Shown here: positions 12,392 through 22,297 of the stretch, one piece after another
Layout of the letters: every line of letters begins with the position of its first letter
Position numbering within the stretch: the stretch's first letter is position 1
Assembly (NCBI RefSeq): GCF_031769215.1
Contig: NW_026782081.1
Span: 2,294,001-2,358,000, forward strand
DNA: 64,000 nt
DNA from: Ylistrum balloti
Lineage: Eukaryota
Reading direction: 5' to 3'
Position numbers and translations under genes: made by a program
The notes under the pieces: generated by a model
Seen by the model: the letters and a program-made list of their open reading frames with translations, nothing else
Told to the model about the DNA's origin: nothing
The model's database searches: none

Positions 12392-15300
12392 GAAAAAAAT
12401 GTTTTGGAACTCTGAGAGACGAAGACATGCAGGTGTATATCTGGAGTAGCATCGTCAAATTATTACCGAAGTTTAAAAAATGGCACATTTTTAGTTAAAT
12501 CTGGTATGTCTGAATGCGCTACATAATTGTTACGCGAAAATACCTTGAGTTCAACGTGCACGTTTTTAGAGTTGATTCTTGCACTGACGGGACAGGTAAG
12601 GATAATGTCACTGTCTATGGTTGAATGGAACCTTGTCATCTTGTCTGTGAAAATAATGTCATCCACGATTGGCATGGCAACTACCACACATGTTGTTGGT
12701 CCAGTAAATTTTGCCATCAACACATACAGGTTCTGTAATAAACATAAAATCTAATTGATATTAGATCTATATCTGCCTCAATGAATTTGTAGTGTACAGA
12801 GACTCTATCTGGAGACTCTGTAGCTATATTTGTATTAGTATTATCATTATGATAATATTTTTGAATGGATGGATGATTATTTTTCTCATACACACTACCA
12901 CCTTGTATACAATATTGTTGACGTGACGTTCTAGTTATGAAAGTCATCCCACATTTACTGGTTAACCGTAAGGCCAGATATAGAAATCTCACAAAGGAAT
13001 GAATAATACCGTGCAGGTATTGTAACCTCTAATGTGAGATATCTTTATAAACAATGTATATACCAAAAGTTTGCGTCAGATTAAAAAGTTACAAAGTTTT
13101 CATTTCTCACTCACAAAAAGACGATGTTTAGACAAATAGTTTGTGGTGAGTACTACCGAATGGCTGAACTAAGAATTTGAGTATATGATATTGGCACAGT
13201 GTACATTGTATCATCAAAGTCAGAAACCATTCTTATATTGCAATAGCGGTGGAGTAAGGATACAATCATCACGAAATCTCCTTATTATGTTAATTTGTAA
13301 GGCTTAGTGTTTACATTACATACCAACTGAACCAATGAACGCCACCATCATGCTGTCTAATTCCTTACCGAATCATCGTCCCGATGATACAAAGTTTCTC
13401 GGCATGGAAAATCACTCCATCGGTCTTTTGAGTCTAACACGCGTAGTACGGGTTCTTGATAGTAGTACATCTCATCCTTCGTGAACGGTATTGCCACCGT
13501 GATTTCGTCCTTTAACAGAAACTATTGCGTTATATGTGACATACTAGTAGTTTGATTCTGTAGAAACAATAATGATCCTTAATTCTGATCAAATCAATCA
13601 TCTTATCCAAACTTTGAAATATCCGCGATATCAATATACAATGTATATGTTTATCATGATTTTCTACAGATCCTAGTGCATTAAGTCACTGTATTTCATG
13701 TCAGAGCCCACACAATTATAGTTGATATACTTCTATGCTTTCAGTCTACATATGTGAAGATTTGCCGTAACCTGCATGCCATGTTTCAATTCATCCGAAA
13801 TGTGACACGGTTCAGAATATATACATGTATTTGACGTTGTTCTAAAATTATCTGATATGTTTAAATAACGAAATTGATCTAATTATGGGGCTGTTGTACC
13901 TCCCCGTCAAGATTTTAAATTCTATTTCGATCAATATGGATTTCCCCCGGTCGCCTCCTAGGTTTCATAGGTTTCAAGAAAGTTTACCCTGATTGAGCAT
14001 CTATTCCAGTTCATCGCCTTAGACGGTCTAAATAGGTGCATTCGGAGTCACCGTGTCTAAATATAGAACACGTACGTCAGGAAAGTAATGTGTTTACCGG
14101 GGGCGTCGCTGGCAATATCGATATTACTTTTTTATATTTGACTTTTACAATCCTGAAAATACACTGAACACTGAGATGATATTCTTCCTTGTCTTCAACA
14201 CTATCAAGTAGGACTTTATGTCTCTAGCTGCATCGGCTGCATTCATAATCACCAAAGACATTTTGGCCAGTAATTGCGGAATGTATATGAACATGAAAAG
14301 TAAAATTAAAGAACATTCACGACTAAGTTTATTAGAAATATATTTTGAAATATGAAGAAATATCATGATGTCAGTAGCTGAGATCGAACTCAAGACCCAA
14401 TAAAAATTCGACTAACGTGGGAGTAACGGATGTAGAACTCGTCGAATTTTATTTATAAAAGTTGTCAAAATTGCATTTTCAGTCGAGAAAACTCCCATGT
14501 TTTAGTGCATATTGTTTCATGTAGCAACTTTGGCGATCTGTAAAAATAACTCATGACACTTATCAAAGACATTTTTGTTCTGATAATTGGTATTTGGATA
14601 TATCTAACTGAAATTGACTTTTCTAATTCAACAAAAAATAGAACATTATCTTTATAATTTTATTGTTGGTCATATTTTGGTAGAATCAGGTAGTCACACG
14701 CCCAACCTCTTTAGGCCCTTAGAATCACTGACGAGTCCTAGAAGGACGAAAAAGTAGTTTGATGCAGTTCAATTATTTTTATTGGCTCAACTGTATCTAA
14801 CTCTAAATTTGTGTTAAAATGTGCTATTCACTTGTGTGTCTTTTGTACAATCTTCCTAACATCTTACTTCGTCTTCCTCGCCAGTTAGGATCTCGCTTGG
14901 AACTATATGGAGAATGTTACTGACGACATTTTCGTAGATATTGACCACTGACGGAACATCGGCTGGATAGACAAGACTGCAGTGTGCTGGGTCCGATGTG
15001 TCCATTTCCGTGTAGACAACACACCCCACCACCGACCTTCCATTAAAGTCCTCCACAAGTAAACTGTAACAGTAACAGTGATCTATGTAGGAAATGTTTA
15101 CAGTTTTCGAACATATGCATACATAGATTTATGTATATCTGGTAAAATCGTTGTGAACATCAAATGTATTGATGTACAGCATCGAAAAGAGTTATCTTTC
15201 CCATAAACGCCAAACAGACCATAGGCGATATCTTGTATAAGCTGTTTTTAAAATGGCAGCAGATACTCTACTATACATACATGTATGTAGTTCCTAACAC

Positions 15301-18300
15301 GTCATATCTGATTTAAGAAAATTAAGAAATAATGGAATACCCATTTTAATGACTCACGTTTACCTCAATACAGCAGTGTTACATGTACAAATGCGTATCA
15401 AGCAATATGTAATTCTTCAAATAAAAATAAAAACAAGTTCGGTATAACTACAGCATTAGGAAATAAAGAACAATCCATATACTGACATTTTATATCTACG
15501 GATTTGATTGACACCTTACACATATCGTTAGAACAGTAGCTAGATCAATTGAACTGTCATTTTAAACCGGAAGCAGTAGATGGCGCCAGTTGGATATTAT
15601 TGACGACGTCTTGCCAACAAAATAGTTAAAGGAGACATATATATCTATATTGCTGCTTTTATTTTTACTGTTTAACAAATATACAATGTGATATTACATC
15701 TATGATATCTCACGTGTCTCGTTTAGGGATTTAGGGATTTTGGGATTTAAACAAACATCATGTATCTACAAGAAAGTGGTTAGTTAGCTTTTCCGAGGTC
15801 TTTGTTGGTTACTATTATATGTATGGCACCCTAAACACGCTAATACGTTTGTACGGATACTTACACCACATCATTCAGGTTAGAGTAGGTACTAGTCCAG
15901 TCCAGTGAACTGATACTGTCTGAAAATGACATTCAATAACACATTATTGGCAATAGGATAAATAAACAATGTGACGCCATGAAATAGAATTACATCGACA
16001 TGACAATAGTCATTCTTTTTATAAAGTATATTGTTACACCTCTAAAGTGAAGTATGAAATTCCAGATGTTTGTTACAGAACAATGGTTACAGGTCAGCAT
16101 CTCGATGTAGACTGCTTTTGTCACAGCTCATTGCTGTTTGGTACTTCCCGGTCATTGCACAACAATTTTCAGCATTAAACAAGTTGGCAGATTACATAAA
16201 AGTGAAACACTCCGCATTGCATTGATTTATTCCCAATAATGATGCCGTCCTATCATTTATATTTATCTATAATTTATTTGTTTAGACATCAGTCGTAGAA
16301 GGTATGACAAAACATTTGTAGACTGGATTTTCGGTCAACATGTGTTATGTTGAACCAGAAGACTAAACGTTTGCCCGAGGCCTTCTGTCTGTTTCGAAGG
16401 TTCAAAATAACACATGTTGACCTCAAATCCAGTCAACAAATGTATACTGTCTATCGGGTATATGTTATCTTCTTTTATAAAACACTCGTCCAATTCTGTT
16501 AACTAAAGGGAAGGAAACGTGGTGTTATCGAATGAGATTTGTAAGCTCGCTGTTTTTTAAGAGTGAAGGTGGTTTTAAATGTAATAGTGACAACTTTTTA
16601 TATAATTTTCACTGACGAAACAGCAGTATGATGCAGTTTATTTCATTGTTTCGCGCTACCGTGTTAATTCAAAACATGCATTGAAAGTTGTCATTTACTG
16701 GTGTGGTTATTGCACAACCACCATAAACACTTTAGTCTTATTGTCTTCTATATTTTAGTTAAACACACTTAAGGTTTAACATATCGCAAGAAGGGTATTG
16801 GAATGAGTTAGTCATAGTGAAAAAATATTTACTTATACCCTGTAGACTGTAAACAATCATTGACTAACATGCATTGCATGGCGTCCTGTATGTTTCAAAT
16901 TATAATAACTTTAACTGAGTTTCAAGAGAAAACATGAGCAGAAGTTAAATATATAAAAACAAAAAAATCCCTAATCTAGCATGGCAATGGTTAGGGAAGG
17001 TCAAACCGAGTAAATAAAGTGTTCTCTAATAATGCTTACACTGCTATTAAAGAATGATATGAAGGACAAGTTATGCACGAAATCATTAACGTTTGTTTTT
17101 TTTACTGGCGGACATATTGTGTTGTCTTTCAGAAAGTATTTTTTTTAGAAATAAAACTTTGCAGAGAAAGGGGACCATTGCTAAAATACTACATTTTCCT
17201 TATCAAATTTACCAAATGAATTTTTTTCTGTTTTTCATTCAATTGTACGACAAATACATCAAAATGAAACCTTGATTCGTTATAAGCTATATTTCTGTTT
17301 TAAAGTTCCAAAAGACTGGATATAGAGTACATCTGATATGTTGAGCCATAATTAGAAAGTTATTAGTAATTAGAAATCGAAGTTTTGAGAATTTTTCGCA
17401 ATTTGATACTTTCTATACATGTACTTTCTATACCTTTCCTTGAGTACTTTTCCTCGTCAGGTGACTGATCGATGTTGCCACTCAGGCGTGATGGTATTTT
17501 GTCATTGACATCAGTTTGATGGTTGAGGACTAATGTCTCTTTAGTTGACTTTTCAGTTGATCTTTCATCGCTGTCATCATCATCATTTTCCTCGACTTTT
17601 CTGTCACATGAAACCTCATCGCCATCGAAATGCACACTATTCTCATTTTCTTCATTTGTACAAGACTCGTTTCTCTGTTCTGTTGCCATGTTACTGTGAC
17701 TATCATCGTCTGAGTTTTGTTTTTCATCCTCTTGACCAATGTCCATACTTGATAACCGACGAATTGTTGCGATCTCCTCCTGTTCCTGAATACTGTTAGA
17801 GTCCTGGTTCTCTGTTTCTTCATTAGATTCAATGTTTTCCTCGGTTGATGTTGTCTCCGACTGACAATGGGGCGACTCATCATCTGCACTCATCTCAGCT
17901 GTGTGCTCTGTAGCAGTATCTGAATTGTCATGATCTTCTTTCTTTTCTTTGTCGTTTTCTGAATGTAATGCTCTTGACACACTTTTGTCTGGATGTTCTT
18001 TTGTGACGGAAGAGTCTACTCTTACACAGGCTGCCACTACCTGTCGCATTAGTCGTAATTCTTTGTACACGTCCTTCATGGTAAGTTTTTTCTGTCGATG
18101 GTTAAGTTCATCTTTGTTGTTTTCTTCCCTTTTCTCACTTTCCTTTATGGTATCGAATTTGGGTTCTTTTGATGACACAAGTTCAGACAAGTTTCTGTCA
18201 AGTTTTGTCCGTCGGATCAATCGATCCTTCATGGTACTGAGAGCTTCTGAGAACTGTTTTTCTCGTGCCATGTCGCCAATATTGTTGTAACTGTCGGTAC

Positions 18301-19547
18301 AAAATATTGCTCGTCTACGATAACGCCTTGCCTTGGAATGCTTCCATGTTTCCTCAATATAATCTGATTCCTCTTTGATAGGGGTTTGCTCCGTTTCCGG
18401 CTCCAGTTTTGACTCCGGTTCTGGTTCCGGTTCCGGTTCCGGTTCCGGATCTATATATATCGTTGAATCTATGGTTGATAGTTGCCTTCTATCTAGCTGA
18501 CCTGAGCTTGAACTAGGTTGTTGATCTGCAAGAATATTAAGAAATTCAAAATAATGATGAATATTCTTTTTATGTCTTATAGTGTATTCGGAAATCAATC
18601 TTGGTCTTGTTGCTGAATATATACAGCCTGTGTTGAAAAGCTAGTAAAAACCTAAACTTTGCTTACGACAGTTACTAGACACTTTATGCTGTTGCTTTTA
18701 ATATTAGGTTTATAAATCAGTCAGAAAAACGCGAATTTGTGTGTCGCGCATATAATTTGAGATAAAATCACAGGAAATATTTCAATGTCCTAACGCATGT
18801 TGGTGGTAAATCAAAAAGGGTAATAGATATGTGATATAGATATGAATCACTTTATAGATCTTATTTTTGGAACGTTTTTTTTTTTAATTTTTTTAACGAG
18901 TAGTTGAAAACTAAAATATAACTTTTAAAGTAAATAGAGTAAAAGATAGTGTCTTAAAGTGTTGCTTGAGCGGAGGTCTCATTACTAGTATCGATAATAT
19001 ACTGAATTCTATGCTTCAATAAAACTGCCAGCACAACACTTTTATTAAAATGCATATCATGTTTGTTTAAAACAAACAGGAAACAATTCAATCAACTGAT
19101 ATAAATCGATTCTGTCGGATCAATTGTTGGAATGCAATGGTTTTTATATGGTTTAGGTGGGTGAACTGGTAATATTTGGTTACCGTCAGGATGGTTTTGT
19201 TCGCTCCCATGACTTGTTATATCCACTGTTTTAACGTGTGCATGGTGAATCGTGATATTTTCGGAATCAACCATTATAGATTTACATTCGATGTTCGGCA
19301 TGTCACTGTAGTTTTGCATTCTCGATACTATGTTCCGGTCATGGTGAGCTTCACAATCCCCGTCACCCTTTCCGCTTAAGGAAGACGTAATCTGTCTGTC
19401 GCTTTCATTTGTTGAACACTCGTCGTTACCAGTTCCATTCCCGTGAATCATAACATTAACTTCTATGTTTTGTTGTTGTCCCTCATTGCTGTCATGGAAT
19501 CTTTTTTGATCGTCCACTGGCTGTTGGTGATTCTCCAGGTCGGCCAT
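6699..19547 (-). CDS. DTHD1: DTHD1-like death-domain protein (acidic IDR - ZU5 - ZU5 - UPA - DD - DD), 13 coding exons, ~1200 aa
   Basis: Exons 19184-19547, 17434-18525, 15865-15919, 14868-15063, 13369-13509, 12544-12732, 11622-11907, 11210-11342, 9639-10201, 8572-8765, 7757-7865, 6967-7209 and 6699-6736 total 3603 nt. All junctions are phase-compatible GT-AG with no internal stop. Motifs: ZU5-like (ITVAIPF..W, C.VVAMP, HVELKVMP), UPA-like (LKEGDTLCLCFRGNI..MPISLPK) and two death-domain helical bundles. Orthology is by recalled architecture, not a search. Confidence 0.8.
6967..7209 (-). CDS. DTHD1: DTHD1-like exon 12 (death domain 2)
   Basis: SRWKDIASMLDMNDSEIQTINTEN..KCRGMLSLWKQK..IRKLVKCLKHLGLNHIA; ttccag|AT..G|GTAAAC. 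Confidence 0.87.
7385..7692 (+). mobile_element. Retrozyme-like dispersed repeat, copy A
   Basis: Shares GTCACGTTT..TTCA..GTGGCACGGTTCA, GGACGAAACAGCTGTATG and GGTGCTATTCAC blocks with the copies at 13.8, 28.1 and 45.5 kb. Confidence 0.75.
7582..7623 (+). ncRNA. Degenerate type I hammerhead ribozyme (copy A)
   Basis: CACCA-ATGGTAA-ATCC-TAGAG-GGAC-GAAA-CAGCTG-TA-TGGTG; helix I perfect, core mutated. Confidence 0.65.
7757..7865 (-). CDS. DTHD1: DTHD1-like exon 11 (death domain 1, C-part)
   Basis: TSALILALRNSGRDDLADAL, the typical DD helix 5-6 L..AL...GR.DLA motif; caccag|ACA..G|GTTGAG. Confidence 0.85.
8572..8765 (-). CDS. DTHD1: DTHD1-like exon 10 (death domain 1, N-part)
   Basis: SITPEFLENLAQAIGEGWLRLANSLDIDHPRIQSIKQQH..ELARDILMTWFKRS; not in the ORF track; tatgtag|GG..AAG|GTACTG. 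Confidence 0.85.
9639..10201 (-). CDS. DTHD1: DTHD1-like exon 9 (UPA domain)
   Basis: Inside 204-aa ORF; ccattcag|T TCG..GAA G|GTGAGA. Confidence 0.87.
11210..11342 (-). CDS. DTHD1: DTHD1-like exon 8 (ZU5b end)
   Basis: ttttacag|AG CCC..AGC AC|GTATGT; EPSQEKEYRLVRF..QVAFSVHEKSST. Confidence 0.8.
11622..11907 (-). CDS. DTHD1: DTHD1-like exon 7 (ZU5b)
   Basis: ttgtaag|VMPVLPRIL..IYMHLPC..; GT donor after 11622, or GC donor after 11634. Confidence 0.8.
12346..12387. repeat. (GA)n microsatellite
   Basis: Visible run. Confidence 0.97.
12544..12732 (-). CDS. DTHD1: DTHD1-like exon 6 (ZU5a/ZU5b junction)
   Basis: tattacag|NLYVLMAKFTGPTTCVVVAMP..VHVELK|GTATTT. Confidence 0.82.
13369..13509 (-). 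CDS. DTHD1: DTHD1-like exon 5 (ZU5a)
   Basis: ttaaag|DEITVAIPFTKDEMYYYQEPVLRVLDSKDRWSDFPCRETLYHRDDDS|GTAAGG. Confidence 0.82.
13750..14852 (+). mobile_element. Retrozyme-like repeat copy B, split by ~745-bp insertion (13968-14713)
   Basis: 5' part ends GCCTCCTAGGTTTCA and 3' part resumes GGCCCTTAGAATCA; these blocks are ~12 nt apart in copies D and E. Confidence 0.75.
14722..14765 (+). ncRNA. Type I hammerhead ribozyme, intact core, damaged helix III (copy B)
   Basis: GAATCA-CTGACGA-GTCC-TAGAA-GGAC-GAAA-AAGTAG-TT-TGATGC. Confidence 0.75.
14868..15063 (-). CDS. DTHD1: DTHD1-like exon 4 (ZU5a start)
   Basis: gttacag|T TTA CTT GTG..GAC GAA|GTAAGA. Confidence 0.82.
15567..15587 (+). promoter_or_regulatory. 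Candidate CTCF site overlapping an ETS core
   Basis: CCGGAAGCAGTAGATGGCGCC; GCAGTAGATGGCGC matches the CTCF core CCASYAGRKGGCRS at all but the first base. Confidence 0.4.
15865..15919 (-). CDS. DTHD1: DTHD1-like exon 3 (55 nt)
   Basis: attttcag|ACAGT..GTGGT|GTAAGT; DSISSLDWTSTYSNLNDVV; supplies the phase 1 to 2 bridge required between exons 2 and 4. Confidence 0.8.
16312..16443. mobile_element. Inverted-repeat element (45-bp arms, 4 mismatches, 42-bp spacer), MITE-like
   Basis: 16312-16356 is the reverse complement of 16399-16443 except at 4 positions. Confidence 0.7.
16605..16720 (+). mobile_element. Retrozyme-like repeat 3' fragment (copy G), hammerhead helix II deleted
   Basis: CTGACGAAACAGCAGTATGATGCAGTTT followed by the family 3' tail. 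Confidence 0.65.
17434..18525 (-). CDS. DTHD1: DTHD1-like exon 2, acidic low-complexity region with (EP)n
   Basis: Inside 411-aa ORF; acceptor ttcttgcag|AT, donor G|GTATAG; 1092 nt, phase 1-1. Confidence 0.85.
19184..19547 (-). CDS. DTHD1: DTHD1-like exon 1 (start codon)
   Basis: ATG 19547 MADLENHQQP..HPD, donor G|GTAACC; an upstream acceptor near 19576 implies a 5' UTR intron. Confidence 0.75.
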
Positions 19548-22061
19548 TATAGTAGAGAATTATCGCGATTAATCACTGAAAAAGGGAAAGCATTGTTATA
19601 TTGTAAAAATCTAATTCATTGTCAAGTATAAAAAACGACAAAAAAATCAATCACTATTCACAACCATAATCGAATCCCCGAAACACATGCGAATAACACT
19701 AATGGCGATATGTAGAGCAACATATGGGTACAAATCCAAAGCATCATCCCTATGGCAATTAAACAGTTAAAGGCAACGAACCTGATCTTTTGATCTTCAG
19801 TTAGTTAAAATGCGAATGACTTCAGAGATAAGCATTCCAATACAGATGCTATAATACATTTAAACATATTTACTTGAATCAATGCCATTAGGAATTATTC
19901 TATGCTCGAAAAGAAGGAACATTGGTTATTCTGGATGCCGTTAAGGCCGCATGGATCATTCGTTATTGGTGAATATGTTTGTTGTAGTGTATTGGTTAGC
20001 TATCGTTCAAATTAGAGTATGTGGAAGGCATGTTGTCAATGCCTGTTACTGCTTCATTTACCTGCTTTAAAACCACGTGGCTATTGTTAATATCAGAAAG
20101 AATAGATAAGAAACAAGGAGTGGTATTTTGTAATCTGTATCCTACCCCCTAACAGTCAAACGTATGAACGCAATATGTTACTGTTATGCTTTTCAAACCA
20201 TTTATCATATGTAACGTCTCCAAGCCTTCCATTGTAAACTCAGCGGCTGTTACAAATAGACAAATATTTCGGACATAACACATGTCTGATATCATGTCGT
20301 ATTCAGAGTGAATTTGTTGTGGTATTACGGTTCTTTCCATATGTAATCGTATGATTTTTATTTGAACTTTCGTCAGTGTACTTTGCCGACTATATACATG
20401 GGCGTTCACATACCAGTAAAAGCGAGCTTTCATTATCGTGGATCAATCATTCTAGACACTTCAGTATATGTACTTTGAAGACACATGAGTTGATCTTACA
20501 TTTAACCGTTTCCGATGATATTGAATGTTCTCCATATTTTGGTAGCAGCAAACTTCTTTTTTAATGAAGGATGTCGCTTTACCTACACATTTAATTGAGG
20601 TACCCCCAAGGTTATGGTTTTATCCTGGGAAGGAGTAAGTTCAATGATGTTTTCAACAAAGCCGTTCAATTTCAAATTTTAATTTTCATTTTATTTTTTT
20701 TTAATTTGTCAACTGGTGTTTGCCGCAGATCATGCGTTTTAATGTTATATTGAAGAAGCTTTGTATAATCTCTTTTGTAGTTATTAGAGTGAACACACTT
20801 ATGAACAATGTGAAAAGTTTTGACAAAAGACATGAATAATTAACAAAGGGAAAAAAGATATAATCAATGATTAATAACTATCTATTGTTTGGATTAAATA
20901 CAGAATTATTTCCAACAGATTGTTAAAACATTTATAGATAAAGATAGAATAAACATGTATACATGGAACTTGATATTTCTATTTGAATTCGGCGCATTAG
21001 TAAATTTCCTATTTAACCTGACACTTTTTATTCCTCTCCACCTAACACCAGTAGATAACTTTATTGACATAAGCTCCTCAATTTGTCAGTTCCTTTTAGT
21101 ACCACAATGATACCAGAACGTTAATATCAAAGTAAATATGTGAAATCGCTGGCATTGCAAACTAAGTGCCTGTCAAACACGAACAACAGTATTTAAATAA
21201 CAAACATTAAGTTTAAATAACAGTTGGTAAACCCCCCAACACTAAATGAAGAAGAATGACAGTTACAAAACCCTCGGTCGTTGCTGGGAATGAATGTTTT
21301 CTCTCTGGACTGAAACACACTTAAAAAGAAATATATCGAATTTTCTGGTCATATTTATTTGGTTAATGACTATATAAAAGAAGATTGCATAAATGCTGCT
21401 CTCCAGTCCCTATGATATCGCACATGCTGTGTCCCAGTATGACTATAGGACACGGTGGTAAGTGAGCCAGGAGTTAGCTGGATTATGATACTTACACAGA
21501 AAATTGAACGTGAGTAGATATACTGTATAAGATTTGGATTCCAGTAGGATTGTAATAGTTATATACACATATAACCTAAGATAGATACATATACAATCAT
21601 AACACCAGAGATACAATGTATATATATAGATATACATTGGAAACTAGAGTTATTGTCGACCGACACTTATTCAAATTATGGTTATGAAAATTTCAAATAT
21701 ACAAAAAGGTAAAAAGGGTTTATTTGTATATGTTTTAGTGGAAACAAGGTAATCAGCTAGATATATATATTTCCTATGAACTATACAGTATTGTATTCGA
21801 TATAATCATTATATATGACTAAAACTGGACTTCTTTAATATTAGCTTGACTACAATGAAAAGATTTACTTCTTATTTACTGCACACCGAGTAGACAAAAT
21901 CTGATTGTGTTTCACTGATGACATTATTAAATTATTATAATCAAACGTGTCTAAACAATGAATATATTTTGCTGAAATCTAACTTAAATTCAACATTTTA
22001 TAAAAAGACCAACATCACAGCAATGTTGACGACAAGAATTGAGTAGTAATTCATAAAACAA

Positions 22062-22297
22062 ACCTTTATTTATTTTACATCAATTGAGGGTGAAGTTTTT
22101 CCAACTTATATATATTTCTTGACGGCCCGTAATGGGGGCGGACGAGTGGTCTTACTGTAGGAGGAAACTTTAATAGCCGGGATAAACCCACGTGATCGGG
22201 CAGGTGACCCCCATACCTTTTCACGCTCATTCTGGGAATCGAACCACGGACGGTTAGGTGAAAGGCGAGTGCGTTATCACTGCGCAACCCGACTATC
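22062..22297 (-). mobile_element. tRNA-derived SINE
   Basis: A-box-like GTTGCGCAGTGATAA, B-box GGTTCGATTCCC, central GGTTT.TCCCGG..AGTTTCCTCC core, AT-rich tail; homologous to 45241-45433. Confidence 0.8.

Noticed and set aside
17530-18290. Overlapping ORFs of 119, 84 and 113 aa
   Set aside because: Shadow frames of the large DTHD1-like exon 2.
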